A stretch of 64,000 nucleotides of DNA from a bacterium. Lineage in GTDB: Bacteria > Patescibacteriota > Saccharimonadia > Saccharimonadales > UBA4665. The position numbers and the translations under genes were made by a program. The stretch covers positions 4,345 through 68,344 of the forward strand of contig JAJZKM010000002.1 in NCBI GenBank assembly GCA_021804085.1, given 5' to 3'. The notes under the pieces are model-generated. The model did no database searches. It had not been told where the DNA came from and saw only the letters and a list, made by a program, of their open reading frames with translations. Shown one piece after another: positions 38,244 to 47,322 of the stretch (position 1 is the stretch's first letter; each line of letters begins with the position of its first letter).

Positions 38244-39332
38244 CCGAAACTTCTAACATCAAACGCAACCGTTAGAATAACATCATAATTAATCTTAGGA
38301 GGATTAGTATGAAGCACCTAACGACTGCGCAACGGGGCAATATTGAAACACTACTCCAAGAACAGTATACAAATAAACAGATAGCTCAGAAACTAGGTAG
38401 AGATCCCTCTACCATTGGCCGGGAGATTAAGAAGGGTTTAGATGGTAATGGCATCTACCATGCCTGGGTAGCTCAGGTAGCCTATGAAACTAACCGTAAA
38501 CGTTGTAAACAAATACCGAAGCTAGATCATCCGGCGAATCATCGTCTCAGGAGTGCCATTGTTAGCTGTATCCAAAAAGGTTGGGATCCAGCCCAAACAG
38601 CTGGCCGGCTTCATGACGACCCAGCATGGAAAGATCTTCCGGCAGTAGTCTGCGCTGAGACCATCTATCACTGGATATATACCAGTGCCTATGCCATTGC
38701 TGAGAAACTGTACCAATACTTGCGCTACGGCAAAAAGAAACGCACCAAACATAAGGGTAGATCAGCCCAGAGGAGTAAGATACCTAACCGGGTGTCAATC
38801 CACGACAGGCCTGAGGTAGTGGCCGAGAAAAGCCGAGTTGGAGACTGGGAGGGGGACAGTGTGGTCTATACCCACAAACACGCCATCAATACGGTTAATG
38901 AAAGGGTCAGTAGTTTAGTGGCTTTTACCAAGCTAACCCAGAAGACAGTCATTCAAACAGCTGAAGCGATCATATCCAAGCTCAGTAGGTATATTGCTCA
39001 TACCATAACATTTGACAATGGCACGGAGTTTACGCAGCATGGTCTCATTACTGAGGCACTTGGAATACCCGTCTACTTTGCTGATCCATACAGCTCCTGG
39101 CAGAGAGGGGCCAACGAAAACGTTAACCGTCAATTGCGGGCTTACTTACCCAAGCGTAGTGACATACGGAAGCTAACCCAAAAAGAACTAGATAACATTG
39201 CTTGGGAGCTAAACAACAAGCCCAGGAAACGACTGCAATGGCATACGCCACAGGAAGTTTACGATTGGTGTTTGCAGAATCCCGACAAACAGCTAGACTT
39301 AGCGCAGGTTGCGTTTGGTTCTAGAATTTAGG
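38244..39332 (+). mobile_element. IS30-family insertion sequence, apparently intact
   Basis: Imperfect terminal inverted repeats TTCTAACATCAAACGCAACC (38251-38270) and GGTTGCGTTTGGTTCTAGAA (39307-39326), 17/20 complementary. They flank a single DDE transposase ORF. Exact ends are +/- a few nt. Confidence 0.8.
38309..39331 (+). CDS. IS30-family DDE transposase
   Basis: 340 aa. N-terminal HTH (LTTAQRGNIETLLQEQYTNKQIAQKLGRDPSTIGREI). Catalytic WEGDSV...FDNGTEF...RGANENVNRQLR. Strong AGGAGG RBS. Confidence 0.92.
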   Translation: MKHLTTAQRGNIETLLQEQYTNKQIAQKLGRDPSTIGREIKKGLDGNGIYHAWVAQVAYETNRKRCKQIPKLDHPANHRLRSAIVSCIQKGWDPAQTAGRLHDDPAWKDLPAVVCAETIYHWIYTSAYAIAEKLYQYLRYGKKKRTKHKGRSAQRSKIPNRVSIHDRPEVVAEKSRVGDWEGDSVVYTHKHAINTVNERVSSLVAFTKLTQKTVIQTAEAIISKLSRYIAHTITFDNGTEFTQHGLITEALGIPVYFADPYSSWQRGANENVNRQLRAYLPKRSDIRKLTQKELDNIAWELNNKPRKRLQWHTPQEVYDWCLQNPDKQLDLAQVAFGSRI

Positions 39333-39582
39333 AGCTTATTCTTATAACCCAAAACGATTTAGTAGAATTGAGTAAAATATAGAAAAGCTTGAATAATTTC
39401 CTAAATATATAAGAGGATGTAGAGCATGACTTGTGTAGGAACGTAACCTATCTCAAGTTCATTTGTATTTTCAATACGGACTTAATCATCTAAAAACAAA
39501 GCAATATTTAATAATATCTTTTTGTTAAGAAATATTAATGGCTTGAGACTAGTCGACTATATTTCTTTTTGGTTACGTATAT

Positions 39583-40677
39583 TTATATACGACCCCGGCT
39601 TGATCTCCGCAATGATGCATATAATGCGCCGATTTTAATATAATCAGATATTTGCAAATGTAAATTATCTAAGAAATCTAACAGCTTTTCTTTATCTATT
39701 TCTTGTTCTCGCGAACTTTCAGCTAGAATCATTCTCTCGTCAATATATGGATCTAGTAAATATTGATTAAAATAAAATAACTGAGTAGCTTCTGTTTGTT
39801 TGTCAAGAAATGCCACCCCTTTATCCATACGTGATCTAGCCAGTGAGCCAAATAAGACTCTAAAATCATGAAATGCTTTTGCTAGAATGAATGGATCGAA
39901 GTTACGTATTGGGTTTACGAAAACTGCAGACTCCCAGTCAATAAAATTAATTGATCCGTTTTGATCTACAACTATATTTTTAAGTTGAGTATCACCGTGA
40001 TAACCTCCCAAATGATGCACCCTAGCTAATGAGCGCCCAATTTTCTTAATATCTTCGATCATATTTTGCTGTTGTGGGAAATCAAGGGTTTTTGACCAGT
40101 CGGTATTATCCATTGGGTCAATGTCGTCCTTACGTTTGGTAATCACGTAGCTTTTTTCATCCAACACCAAAACGCCTAAAGGTTCAAAAGTATCAAGTCC
40201 AATTTTTCTTGCTAGAAGGGTATTCACCCATTCTGTGATAGCATGCGTTCCTCTCTTTTCTGGATTAAATCCTTTAACCGCTACTCTTAATGGTGATGAG
40301 TTTTTGAAAAGAGAAGCGAAAAAAAGTTTATGTGCTGATGTCTCGGCTACGCTTGTTCTGGATATTTCTATTCGATCCATGCCATTTAATAACTCAGCCT
40401 TATGGTAACTATCTGTATAAAATCCTTGTCCGTTTTCATGTATCGTGTTCTGTACCAGATCTGTGCAACCTTTAGTTATAGTTTTGGCTGGATCTTTATC
40501 GGCCGCATCCTCCATTACATTTTTAAAATCTATAACATTAGGAATTCGACCTCTTAGTACATTAAAGTCGTCTCTGAATCGTAGAGCCTGTTCGTTAGAA
40601 CAATCGTCGCTGGATTCCGAAAAATGTTCCGACCCGTAATTAGATTCATAACTGTATCGCGTTAATAGTTCTGACAT
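39583..40677 (-). CDS. Protein-kinase-like fold phosphotransferase (APH/Kdo-kinase-like)
   Basis: 364 aa. Beta3 Lys in RVAVKGF, catalytic loop HGDTQLKNIVV, metal-binding FIDWESA. Confidence 0.7.
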   Translation of the reverse strand: MSELLTRYSYESNYGSEHFSESSDDCSNEQALRFRDDFNVLRGRIPNVIDFKNVMEDAADKDPAKTITKGCTDLVQNTIHENGQGFYTDSYHKAELLNGMDRIEISRTSVAETSAHKLFFASLFKNSSPLRVAVKGFNPEKRGTHAITEWVNTLLARKIGLDTFEPLGVLVLDEKSYVITKRKDDIDPMDNTDWSKTLDFPQQQNMIEDIKKIGRSLARVHHLGGYHGDTQLKNIVVDQNGSINFIDWESAVFVNPIRNFDPFILAKAFHDFRVLFGSLARSRMDKGVAFLDKQTEATQLFYFNQYLLDPYIDERMILAESSREQEIDKEKLLDFLDNLHLQISDYIKIGALYASLRRSSRGRI

Positions 40678-40683
40678 AACTAC

Positions 40684-41418
40684 TTATATTTCCAAGAATC
40701 CTTGACACATGGCATTCACTAATTTTTTAACTTCAATTCTTGTATCTAAATGAAACTCATTAGGTAAATTTTGAGATAATGCCTCTCTCAAAATAACTAG
40801 AGCATCATCTACATTCAAATTATTATATTCGGGAGCTGGATTGTATGGCGGATAAAGGTAAATAATAGATTGACTATCATCCATAAATGCTTTAACTGCA
40901 AAATGCCGCAAAGGATTAGCTCCTATATTATCTATAAGCAGGGAACCGGTGGCCTTATAATATGCACGATGAGCCCACCCAACATTACGAAATATCTCTT
41001 CGTCTCCGATGTGGGTTGTTGAAGATTTGTTTTCAAATAATCCTTCATGCTCAAGAGGTTTTAGACCCTCCAATATTCCAAAAATTAGATATTGATCAAT
41101 TTCTTTTAGTAAAGGTAATTGTGGTACATTAAGCTTGCTGATCTGTTGTCGTTGTATTTCATTGGTAATGTCGGCACGTAAAACTAGAAGTCTTTGATAT
41201 CCTAAATGTTGAGACATTTCGTCACTTTGTTTTTTTGAAATTATATCTCGAGAGTTAGGTTCATAGGCAAGACTAAAGCGGGGAGTAACTCTTTCATAAT
41301 CTTTAAAAGCAGCGCTTATAAACTCATCAATGGGTTCATTTTTCTGATTGGCTGTTTCACCTGTGGTTTGACCGTACATTAATTTATATATAATAGCACT
41401 AAACATGTTAATATGCAA
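40684..41418 (-). CDS. Hypothetical protein, operon partner of the kinase-like gene
   Basis: 244 aa, 6-nt gap to the kinase start. No recognisable motif. Confidence 0.5.
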   Translation of the reverse strand: MHINMFSAIIYKLMYGQTTGETANQKNEPIDEFISAAFKDYERVTPRFSLAYEPNSRDIISKKQSDEMSQHLGYQRLLVLRADITNEIQRQQISKLNVPQLPLLKEIDQYLIFGILEGLKPLEHEGLFENKSSTTHIGDEEIFRNVGWAHRAYYKATGSLLIDNIGANPLRHFAVKAFMDDSQSIIYLYPPYNPAPEYNNLNVDDALVILREALSQNLPNEFHLDTRIEVKKLVNAMCQGFLEI

Positions 41419-41514
41419 ATCTAAAGGATTCTATCACTACTTTTGCAGCATAAAAAACGACTGTTCTAAAATGTAGAGATCGCTATAGGATATTTTTAAA
41501 TAGATATTAAAGTA

Positions 41515-42006
41515 CTAATTTCTTGTGTTTAAATTCCTGGTTATAATTTTTTTTGCCGCTTCGTCTAGGTTGGCGCTACTGAAACATAAGTCATAAAGCA
41601 CCGAGACTTTAAAGCCTAGATCAAAAGCTTCAAATGCAGTGGCTAGAACGCAAGCGTCTGTGTCGATGCCACAAATATCTAATTCATTGACATGATTTTT
41701 GTCCAAGTAATTTCTTATCTTTTTTGATTTTAATGCAGAATAAGTATCTCTTGATTCGAAGATATTATCAGATATAAATGATTTAAATTCACTAGGCAAC
41801 TCAGTGTCTTTGTCTTCTTGACACTCAGTCCATTTTAAATTCTTTCTAAAAATAGAATTAGGACTATTTCTAAAAGCGGTAAATACTAAATAATTATAAT
41901 TAGTTTTTTTAATGTGTTCTACGATACGAGTAGCAAAATCTTGAGGTGCTGATTTTATGAAATATGATTGAACGTCAACTATTAATAGCGCCTTAGTCAT
42001 TTGCAT
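41515..42006 (-). CDS. Isochorismatase/cysteine-hydrolase family protein
   Basis: 163 aa. ALLIVDVQSYF and ICGIDTDACVLATAFEAFDLG (catalytic Cys). Confidence 0.8.
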   Translation of the reverse strand: MQMTKALLIVDVQSYFIKSAPQDFATRIVEHIKKTNYNYLVFTAFRNSPNSIFRKNLKWTECQEDKDTELPSEFKSFISDNIFESRDTYSALKSKKIRNYLDKNHVNELDICGIDTDACVLATAFEAFDLGFKVSVLYDLCFSSANLDEAAKKIITRNLNTRN

Positions 42007-42301
42007 ATTTTAACATAGGAGTATTTTGAGCATAAGTTTCAGAAGGTTCGAATGAAGTAAAATAATTAAGAGGACTTTTGATAAAGCTAATTTTTCAATA
42101 AGTACATCGTTATCGAACAGACCATAACTACTTTAGTCCTAAGAAAACCTGAGGCTAGTTAAATACAATAGAAGAAGAGTAATTATTGTTTATTGTAGTA
42201 GTAAGCCGCCCAAAACCTTGTTAGTACATGGTCAATCATCTGTAGTGACTTTAGTTCTCAAATGCTATTATTAGAGCAAGAATACGTTAAAAATAAAGAA
42301 A

Positions 42302-43075
42302 ATGTATATCATAATTCTTAGCTTTATCGCACTTGCAAGTCTACTTGTATGGTATTTTCTGCATCACGACCATGGTCGCAAGTTACCCATAGAATCGCTG
42401 TGGATAGCTTTTGGTTTTGGTGTGTTGGGGATTATACTTGCTGGTTTCTTAGAACTTAAACTATTCCCAAGAGAGTTCTGGACTTCACCTCTAAATGTTT
42501 CTTTTAGTGATAGGTTATTATTTTTTCTTGGCGTAGGTGTGCTTGAAGAAGCGGTGAAGTTTATTCCACTTGCATTATTTATCTGGAAAAAACCCTATTT
42601 CAAGGAACATACTGACGGTATAATTTACTTTGCGATTTGTGGGCTCACTTTCGGTTTGGGTGAGAATATTTTGTATACTCTTTCGTTTGGTGCAAAAGTT
42701 GGAATTGCACGTCTTCTGATTACGCCATTCTTGCACGCAGCAACAACCGGAATCCTTGGGTATTATCTTGTGGGTGCCAAGATAGATCATTCATATAGGA
42801 ATAAACTTATTTTGGCTTGCGTTGCCATCCCTCTTATGCATGGTTTATACGACTTTGGTTTGTATTCAGGAGTAGCTCAGATGGTAGTGTTTTCGCTTAT
42901 GATAACGCTGTTGCTTACCATGGGTCTTTTCTTATATTTTATGCAGGCTAATGATCTTGATAAAGCAGCTATGGTTAGGGCAACGACATCAACTCCTAAT
43001 TTCTGCAGTAATTGCGGTAGATCGAAAACCAACCATACTTGGTTTTGTGAATACTGTGGGCATCATGTACAATAA
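42302..43075 (+). CDS. PrsW-family intramembrane glutamic protease with C-terminal zinc ribbon
   Basis: 257 aa. Motifs LEEAVKFIPL, FGLGENILY, HAATTG. C-terminal CSNCG...FCEYCG. Confidence 0.8.
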   Translation: MYIIILSFIALASLLVWYFLHHDHGRKLPIESLWIAFGFGVLGIILAGFLELKLFPREFWTSPLNVSFSDRLLFFLGVGVLEEAVKFIPLALFIWKKPYFKEHTDGIIYFAICGLTFGLGENILYTLSFGAKVGIARLLITPFLHAATTGILGYYLVGAKIDHSYRNKLILACVAIPLMHGLYDFGLYSGVAQMVVFSLMITLLLTMGLFLYFMQANDLDKAAMVRATTSTPNFCSNCGRSKTNHTWFCEYCGHHVQ

Positions 43076-43113
43076 CGTATATTTAACATGCTAATGCTTA
43101 GGAATAACAAAAT

Positions 43114-44163
43114 ATGATTTGCCCTAATTGCAATCAGGAAGTGAATCCAGACGCTATTTTTTGCGGTAACTGTGGATATCAACTTGGTTCTGCTACACAA
43201 CCTGTTCAAGCAACTAATACTGTTGAACCGTCACAACCCATTGTGACATCAAGTGTTCAGCCACAGGAAATATCACCCGTAAACGATCAGAATAACAGTC
43301 AGTCTACCACTTCAACTTCGACTCAATCAACTTATACTGCTACACAGTCTACGCCTACAGCCCAACCTTATAGCTTTCAACATGCTTCTTCGGGTAGTGG
43401 AGCGTTTGCGGGAGGAGCTGCTAACGCGCCTTCTCATAATTCATCAACAACGACAACAGATAGTCACAACAACAGCAAAGCTATAGCAGCTTTCGTCTGT
43501 GGAGTTTTAGGTTGTGTCGGTTGGATTATACCGATTGTTGGTGTAATTCTTGGTATTCTAGCAATAGTATTTGGTACTATTGCCATAAAGTCACCAAGAC
43601 GGGTTCTTGCGATCATAGGTATCGTGTTGGCCGTACCTGTTATCGCAGTATCAATTTTCTTTTGGGTTAGGGCTGCACAGCATATCCTAAAAGAACGATC
43701 TAATTCTGTTATTGGAATCACGACACCTAGTACTTCTAATGCAACGCAATCCATTTCCACGCCATGCTACATGACAAAAATTCCTGCTTCGCTTACCGTT
43801 ACACGAACACCTGGAAGTTGTACTTTCCTTGCGGAAAATACAACTAGCGGCGAACAGTATGAAGTTAAAGTCATGCAGGTTCCACGACTAACGCTTGCCA
43901 ATTTGGTACAAGCAGTTCAGGCTGACGCTAACAACGTTATCAATTCCATTCCGGGAAGTTCAATCTCAAGTAAGTATGCTAACACCTTTGCGGGCAGCCC
44001 TGCCTATGAAATTGACTTAAGTGCTACCGATGGCAGTGCTGGAGCGATTGATTATGTTTACGATTCTACTGCTCAAGGTAATCTAGTCATTGTCTTGCAT
44101 ACGCAGCGAAGTGGTAAGAACTTTAATCTTACTTCTATTGAAAACAACTGGTCTTGGCGGTAA
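43114..44163 (+). CDS. Zinc-ribbon / DUF4190-like membrane protein with extracytoplasmic C-terminal domain
   Basis: 349 aa. N-terminal CPNCNQ...FCGNCG, an S/T/Q-rich linker, two TM (IAAFVCGVLGCVGWIIPIVGVILGILAIVFG...), then a C-terminal globular part. Confidence 0.65.
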   Translation: MICPNCNQEVNPDAIFCGNCGYQLGSATQPVQATNTVEPSQPIVTSSVQPQEISPVNDQNNSQSTTSTSTQSTYTATQSTPTAQPYSFQHASSGSGAFAGGAANAPSHNSSTTTTDSHNNSKAIAAFVCGVLGCVGWIIPIVGVILGILAIVFGTIAIKSPRRVLAIIGIVLAVPVIAVSIFFWVRAAQHILKERSNSVIGITTPSTSNATQSISTPCYMTKIPASLTVTRTPGSCTFLAENTTSGEQYEVKVMQVPRLTLANLVQAVQADANNVINSIPGSSISSKYANTFAGSPAYEIDLSATDGSAGAIDYVYDSTAQGNLVIVLHTQRSGKNFNLTSIENNWSWR

Positions 44164-44166
44164 AGT

Positions 44167-44415
44167 ATGGTTATGAGCAAGCAAACAATTCACAAGGTGT
44201 CGGTTATAATTTTGTTGTTAGCGGTATTTTGTATTCCTTTTTATGTTGAGAGAAGTCAAATTGGTTCATTCAACAACAGTGCATACTTGGCGGGAGTAGT
44301 AATAAATACTAATAAAACCCTCCCCCAACCCATTCATAATAATTTGATTGGAACTCAGGGAAGTGCATGGGCTAATGCCGTTGGAAATGAGTTTATAGGC
44401 AGTACAGCTCAATAA
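44167..44415 (+). CDS. Small membrane-anchored protein
   Basis: 82 aa, one TM, 3 nt after the preceding stop. Confidence 0.4.
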   Translation: MVMSKQTIHKVSVIILLLAVFCIPFYVERSQIGSFNNSAYLAGVVINTNKTLPQPIHNNLIGTQGSAWANAVGNEFIGSTAQ

Positions 44416-44466
44416 TTCTAATTTTGTATTTGATTCTCTCATATCCTCGGCTAAGAATCCTGCGCG

Positions 44467-44504
44467 TTTAGCACAGTAACTATCATTCTAGATTAGAACC
44501 TTAA
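44467..44504 (+). repeat. Intergenic module copy E1 (3' fragment only)
   Basis: TTTAGCACAGTAACTATCATTCTAGATTAGAACCTTAA aligns with the sORF end plus downstream site of copies E3 and E5. Confidence 0.6.
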
Positions 44505-44588
44505 CGTTCGTCGCTAGCAAGCAGTCTTGATTGACAGGTATGTGCAACAAGATATAATTTTTGAGAGTATCATAAAGGAAAATAAATA

Positions 44589-44972
44589 ATGACAAACAAA
44601 AACTTTCAAAAAAATCAAAATATCAAATTTAACCAATCAGGCTTTGCTCATCTGATAATTATAGCTATTGCTGTAGGAGTGGTTGTGGTGGTTAGTGCAG
44701 TTGGGTATGTTGTATACCACAACAATCAGAAAGCCAACAATGCCGCCTCCACTTCTGGAGTTCGACAGACTACTACCTCAAGTCAGACTCCCGTGACCAC
44801 TCAACCTCAACCAGCTCCAACTCAACCAGCAAGTCCGACCACAAGCACTAGTACCCAGACAACTGAAACTCCTCAGACAACTGAAACTCCTCAGACGACT
44901 GAATCAACCTCAACCAGCACCAACAAGAGTACTAGTACCGACAAGTCCTCTTCAGCATCTACTGACAACTAG
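44589..44972 (+). CDS. Membrane-anchored S/T/P/Q-rich low-complexity protein
   Basis: 127 aa with an N-terminal TM. Contains an 18-nt tandem repeat (44856-44903) coding TETPQT x2.5. Confidence 0.5.
   Translation: MTNKNFQKNQNIKFNQSGFAHLIIIAIAVGVVVVVSAVGYVVYHNNQKANNAASTSGVRQTTTSSQTPVTTQPQPAPTQPASPTTSTSTQTTETPQTTETPQTTESTSTSTNKSTSTDKSSSASTDN
44856..44903 (+). repeat. 18-nt in-frame tandem repeat (CAGACAACTGAAACTCCT x2 plus a partial unit)
   Basis: Direct reading of two perfect units plus a 12-nt partial unit. Confidence 0.85.
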
Positions 44973-45010
44973 TCAACTAGCAAGTTTTGATTAAGTTGGG
45001 ATAACTTTGT

Positions 45011-46027
45011 TTATTTAGAACTTTGTGTCTGAATGTTCTGCAGTGAGTTAATGGGCTGACTGCCATTGTATTCAGTGACCAGGGTATTGTAGGCATTGCT
45101 TAGCTGGTTATATTGATTAATAGCTGCATTCTCCTGGTTGATATAGTTTTTATATATATTGTAATTGTACGTATCTTCGTAAACGTTCCCTTGTTGCGCC
45201 CAGGCCAAGCTATCAGCATATGCCTTATTGGCTAGGCTGTCATCTGAAGCAATAGTAGTGCGAAGTTGTTGCAGTTGTGTCTGGTCATTTTGAAATATGG
45301 CCGTGACACGATTGTAACTATCTACGGTAAGCTGTCTATTCGCAAAATAGGGAGTATAGAAATTCTCTAGACTTGGCGTAACATTATTGAACTCTGTTCC
45401 TAGTAACGAGAAAAGCTCTAAGTCTCTATATCCGGGTTCGGTATTTGCAAAGTTAACCACCTGAGCATCTAGTGCAGGGTTGTGTAATGAGTTATAACTT
45501 CCTTCTATGGCTTGAACTAAGAAAGTATTTTGGCCGTTATCAGACAAGCTGAAATAGACGGAGTGCAACATTTCATAAGTTGCTGTGACGATTTCCTGGT
45601 CGTATAAGTTGGCGGGCATTTGGCGTATATAGATACGACCATTAGCATGATTATGTATATTAGGCACAAAACAGCCCTGCTCTATAAAGCCGTTATTGTT
45701 GTTTGCTGCCGCATTGTTGGCACAATATGTTCGCATTTGAGTATCTGTGGCAAACAGCGGGTTTGTTCTTAGGAAAACCAGCTCACCCTGCTTATTCATG
45801 CCTGCTTGTTGTGCTAAAGCCAGCATAGCAGGGTTAGCGTTTTTTAAAATTACACTGTCAGGAATAGGTTGGAAATATAGAATCAACGCAGCGATTACTA
45901 TAGAAAGTAGTAAAATTACTGCAGCTATAAGATAAGATTTATAATCTCTACTCCTCTTGGTGATTTCCCCTTGTTCTTTTTTTACTCTGGTTGTAGCTTG
46001 ACTTTCGACCTCGTTTGACTCTTCCAT
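45011..46027 (-). CDS. Membrane-anchored hypothetical protein
   Basis: 338 aa. Charged N-terminus, one TM (LIAAVILLLSIVIAALILYF), N/Q/Y-rich extracytoplasmic domain. Confidence 0.55.
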   Translation of the reverse strand: MEESNEVESQATTRVKKEQGEITKRSRDYKSYLIAAVILLLSIVIAALILYFQPIPDSVILKNANPAMLALAQQAGMNKQGELVFLRTNPLFATDTQMRTYCANNAAANNNNGFIEQGCFVPNIHNHANGRIYIRQMPANLYDQEIVTATYEMLHSVYFSLSDNGQNTFLVQAIEGSYNSLHNPALDAQVVNFANTEPGYRDLELFSLLGTEFNNVTPSLENFYTPYFANRQLTVDSYNRVTAIFQNDQTQLQQLRTTIASDDSLANKAYADSLAWAQQGNVYEDTYNYNIYKNYINQENAAINQYNQLSNAYNTLVTEYNGSQPINSLQNIQTQSSK

Positions 46028-46240
46028 ATGCCCTTCATTGTACTAGTAAAAGAGTTAAGCAGACAATTATTAAGTATACTTATGAATCTATAGCTTTATC
46101 CTCATAGATTCTTAATTCGATGTTTTATCACGCTGCCTGAGGGGGTGTGATGTTTCTAGTAAAGTAATAACAGGCATGCCATAACGAAAGTCGAAATGCG
46201 AAAAGTGGTTCATCTAAACATGGTTTAGTTTAAACATTCA

Positions 46241-46275
46241 ATGGTACACCGCAGTCCGAGAGGTCAGAACCTTAA
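46241..46275 (+). repeat. Intergenic module copy E2 (5' and 3' motifs joined, internal part missing)
   Basis: ATGGTACACC-14 nt-CAGAACCTTAA. Confidence 0.5.
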
Positions 46276-46285
46276 TTGCAGAAAG

Positions 46286-46693
46286 CTATACTGAAACTAA
46301 CTTAGTGTTCGGTGCTTGATTAGCTAGTTTTTTATCAAACGTCCATAAAGGTTCTGCACTGTTAAGCTGAGCATATACTGATAGGCAACAATCCTCAAAA
46401 GATAAACCACTGTGCTTAACATAAATAAGTATAGCCCTCTTGAAGAGTGCTTTATTAGAGTTTATTTCTTTTAAATTCATAAGACCTTCTAATGCTTCTG
46501 TAATCTCTAACCGACTAAATTCGTAATATCGGTCTAGGACAAACACTAACTCAATTATTGCTGTATCGGCAATAGAAAATTGTTTCGTAGCTTGGTGCAA
46601 TAATTTCTTTGTGGCAGTATGTTGCTCAGGTATATCATTAAGTAATAAACGTAACAACACGTTAGTGTCAAATGAGCCACTATAGTTAGCCAT
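46286..46693 (-). CDS. vapC: PIN-domain toxin VapC
   Basis: 135 aa. The N-terminus GSFDTNVLLRLL holds the first acidic PIN residue. Lies downstream of an AbrB-type antitoxin with a 3-nt gap. Confidence 0.85.
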   Translation of the reverse strand: MANYSGSFDTNVLLRLLLNDIPEQHTATKKLLHQATKQFSIADTAIIELVFVLDRYYEFSRLEITEALEGLMNLKEINSNKALFKRAILIYVKHSGLSFEDCCLSVYAQLNSAEPLWTFDKKLANQAPNTKLVSV

Positions 46694-46696
46694 GGC

Positions 46697-46945
46697 TTAT
46701 CTTATCCTGTTGGCTTGGTAAAATGCGTCTGCATCAACGAGAGGCTTGACACCAGATTTAATATATCCCGTTAACTTCTTGCTCAGCTCATCTATGCTAA
46801 TAGCCTTAGATATTACAAGTTCATTTTTATTTTCGTTAAAATTCATCTGGAGTACGCCACCACCTTTATCTAGCCCTAATTTACGCCTGACTGGTGCAGG
46901 TATTGTTGTCTGGCCTTTACTGGTAATAGTAATTGTATCTTTCAA
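46697..46945 (-). CDS. vapB: AbrB/SpoVT-MazE-type antitoxin VapB
   Basis: 82 aa. ITSKGQTTIPAPVRRKLGL swapped-hairpin motif. Confidence 0.85.
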   Translation of the reverse strand: MKDTITITSKGQTTIPAPVRRKLGLDKGGGVLQMNFNENKNELVISKAISIDELSKKLTGYIKSGVKPLVDADAFYQANRIR

Positions 46946-47131
46946 TCACATTACTATAGCAAAGAATGTTACTAATTGCAATAGGTAATGAAAACTAGCC
47001 ATACATTATTATTATGCAAAGTGCTCTGGCAAGCAGGATTATAACTTAAATCCAATCTGTTAATAGTCACCACGTTTAAAAGTCTCCGAATTTTATAATG
47101 TATATGAATCTATACTAGAAATTAAAAACCT

Positions 47132-47236
47132 ATGTGGTACACCTTTCCAGTTTCTGCTTGGAACCGCCTCAAGAGCGAGCCACTTCGCTGGCACGAAACA
47201 TTTGAATCATCAACTCTGCAAAGTTTAGGACAGTAA
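47132..47236 (+). CDS. Conserved small ORF (34 codons), copy A
   Basis: MWYTFPVSAWNRLKSEPLRWHETFESSTLQSLGQ*. It is 20/29 identical to copy B from the shared Pro onward. Ten of those identical residues use different synonymous codons (e.g. Arg CGC vs AGG). A TATAAT box lies at 47094-47099. Confidence 0.55.
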   Translation: MWYTFPVSAWNRLKSEPLRWHETFESSTLQSLGQ

Positions 47237-47257
47237 CTACCGTGCTGGATTAGAACC
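47132..47257 (+). repeat. Intergenic module copy E3 (full length)
   Basis: GGTACACC ... sORF ... TAACTACCGTGCTGGATTAGAACC. The post-stop 23 nt are 21/23 identical to copy E5. Confidence 0.75.
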
Positions 47258-47322
47258 ACGTGACCCAGTTCACGGAAAACCTATTGTCAAACTTTATAAA
47301 GTTTTAATATACTTATAAAGTT

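Noticed and set aside
47132-47236. Structured ncRNA (riboswitch, retron msr/msd or omega-RNA-like) instead of an sORF
   Set aside because: Substitutions between the two full copies are concentrated at synonymous codon positions. The best stem in copy B (GAGGTG/CACCTC) has no compensated counterpart in copy A. No reverse transcriptase or nuclease gene is adjacent. An RNA role for the post-stop site is not excluded.
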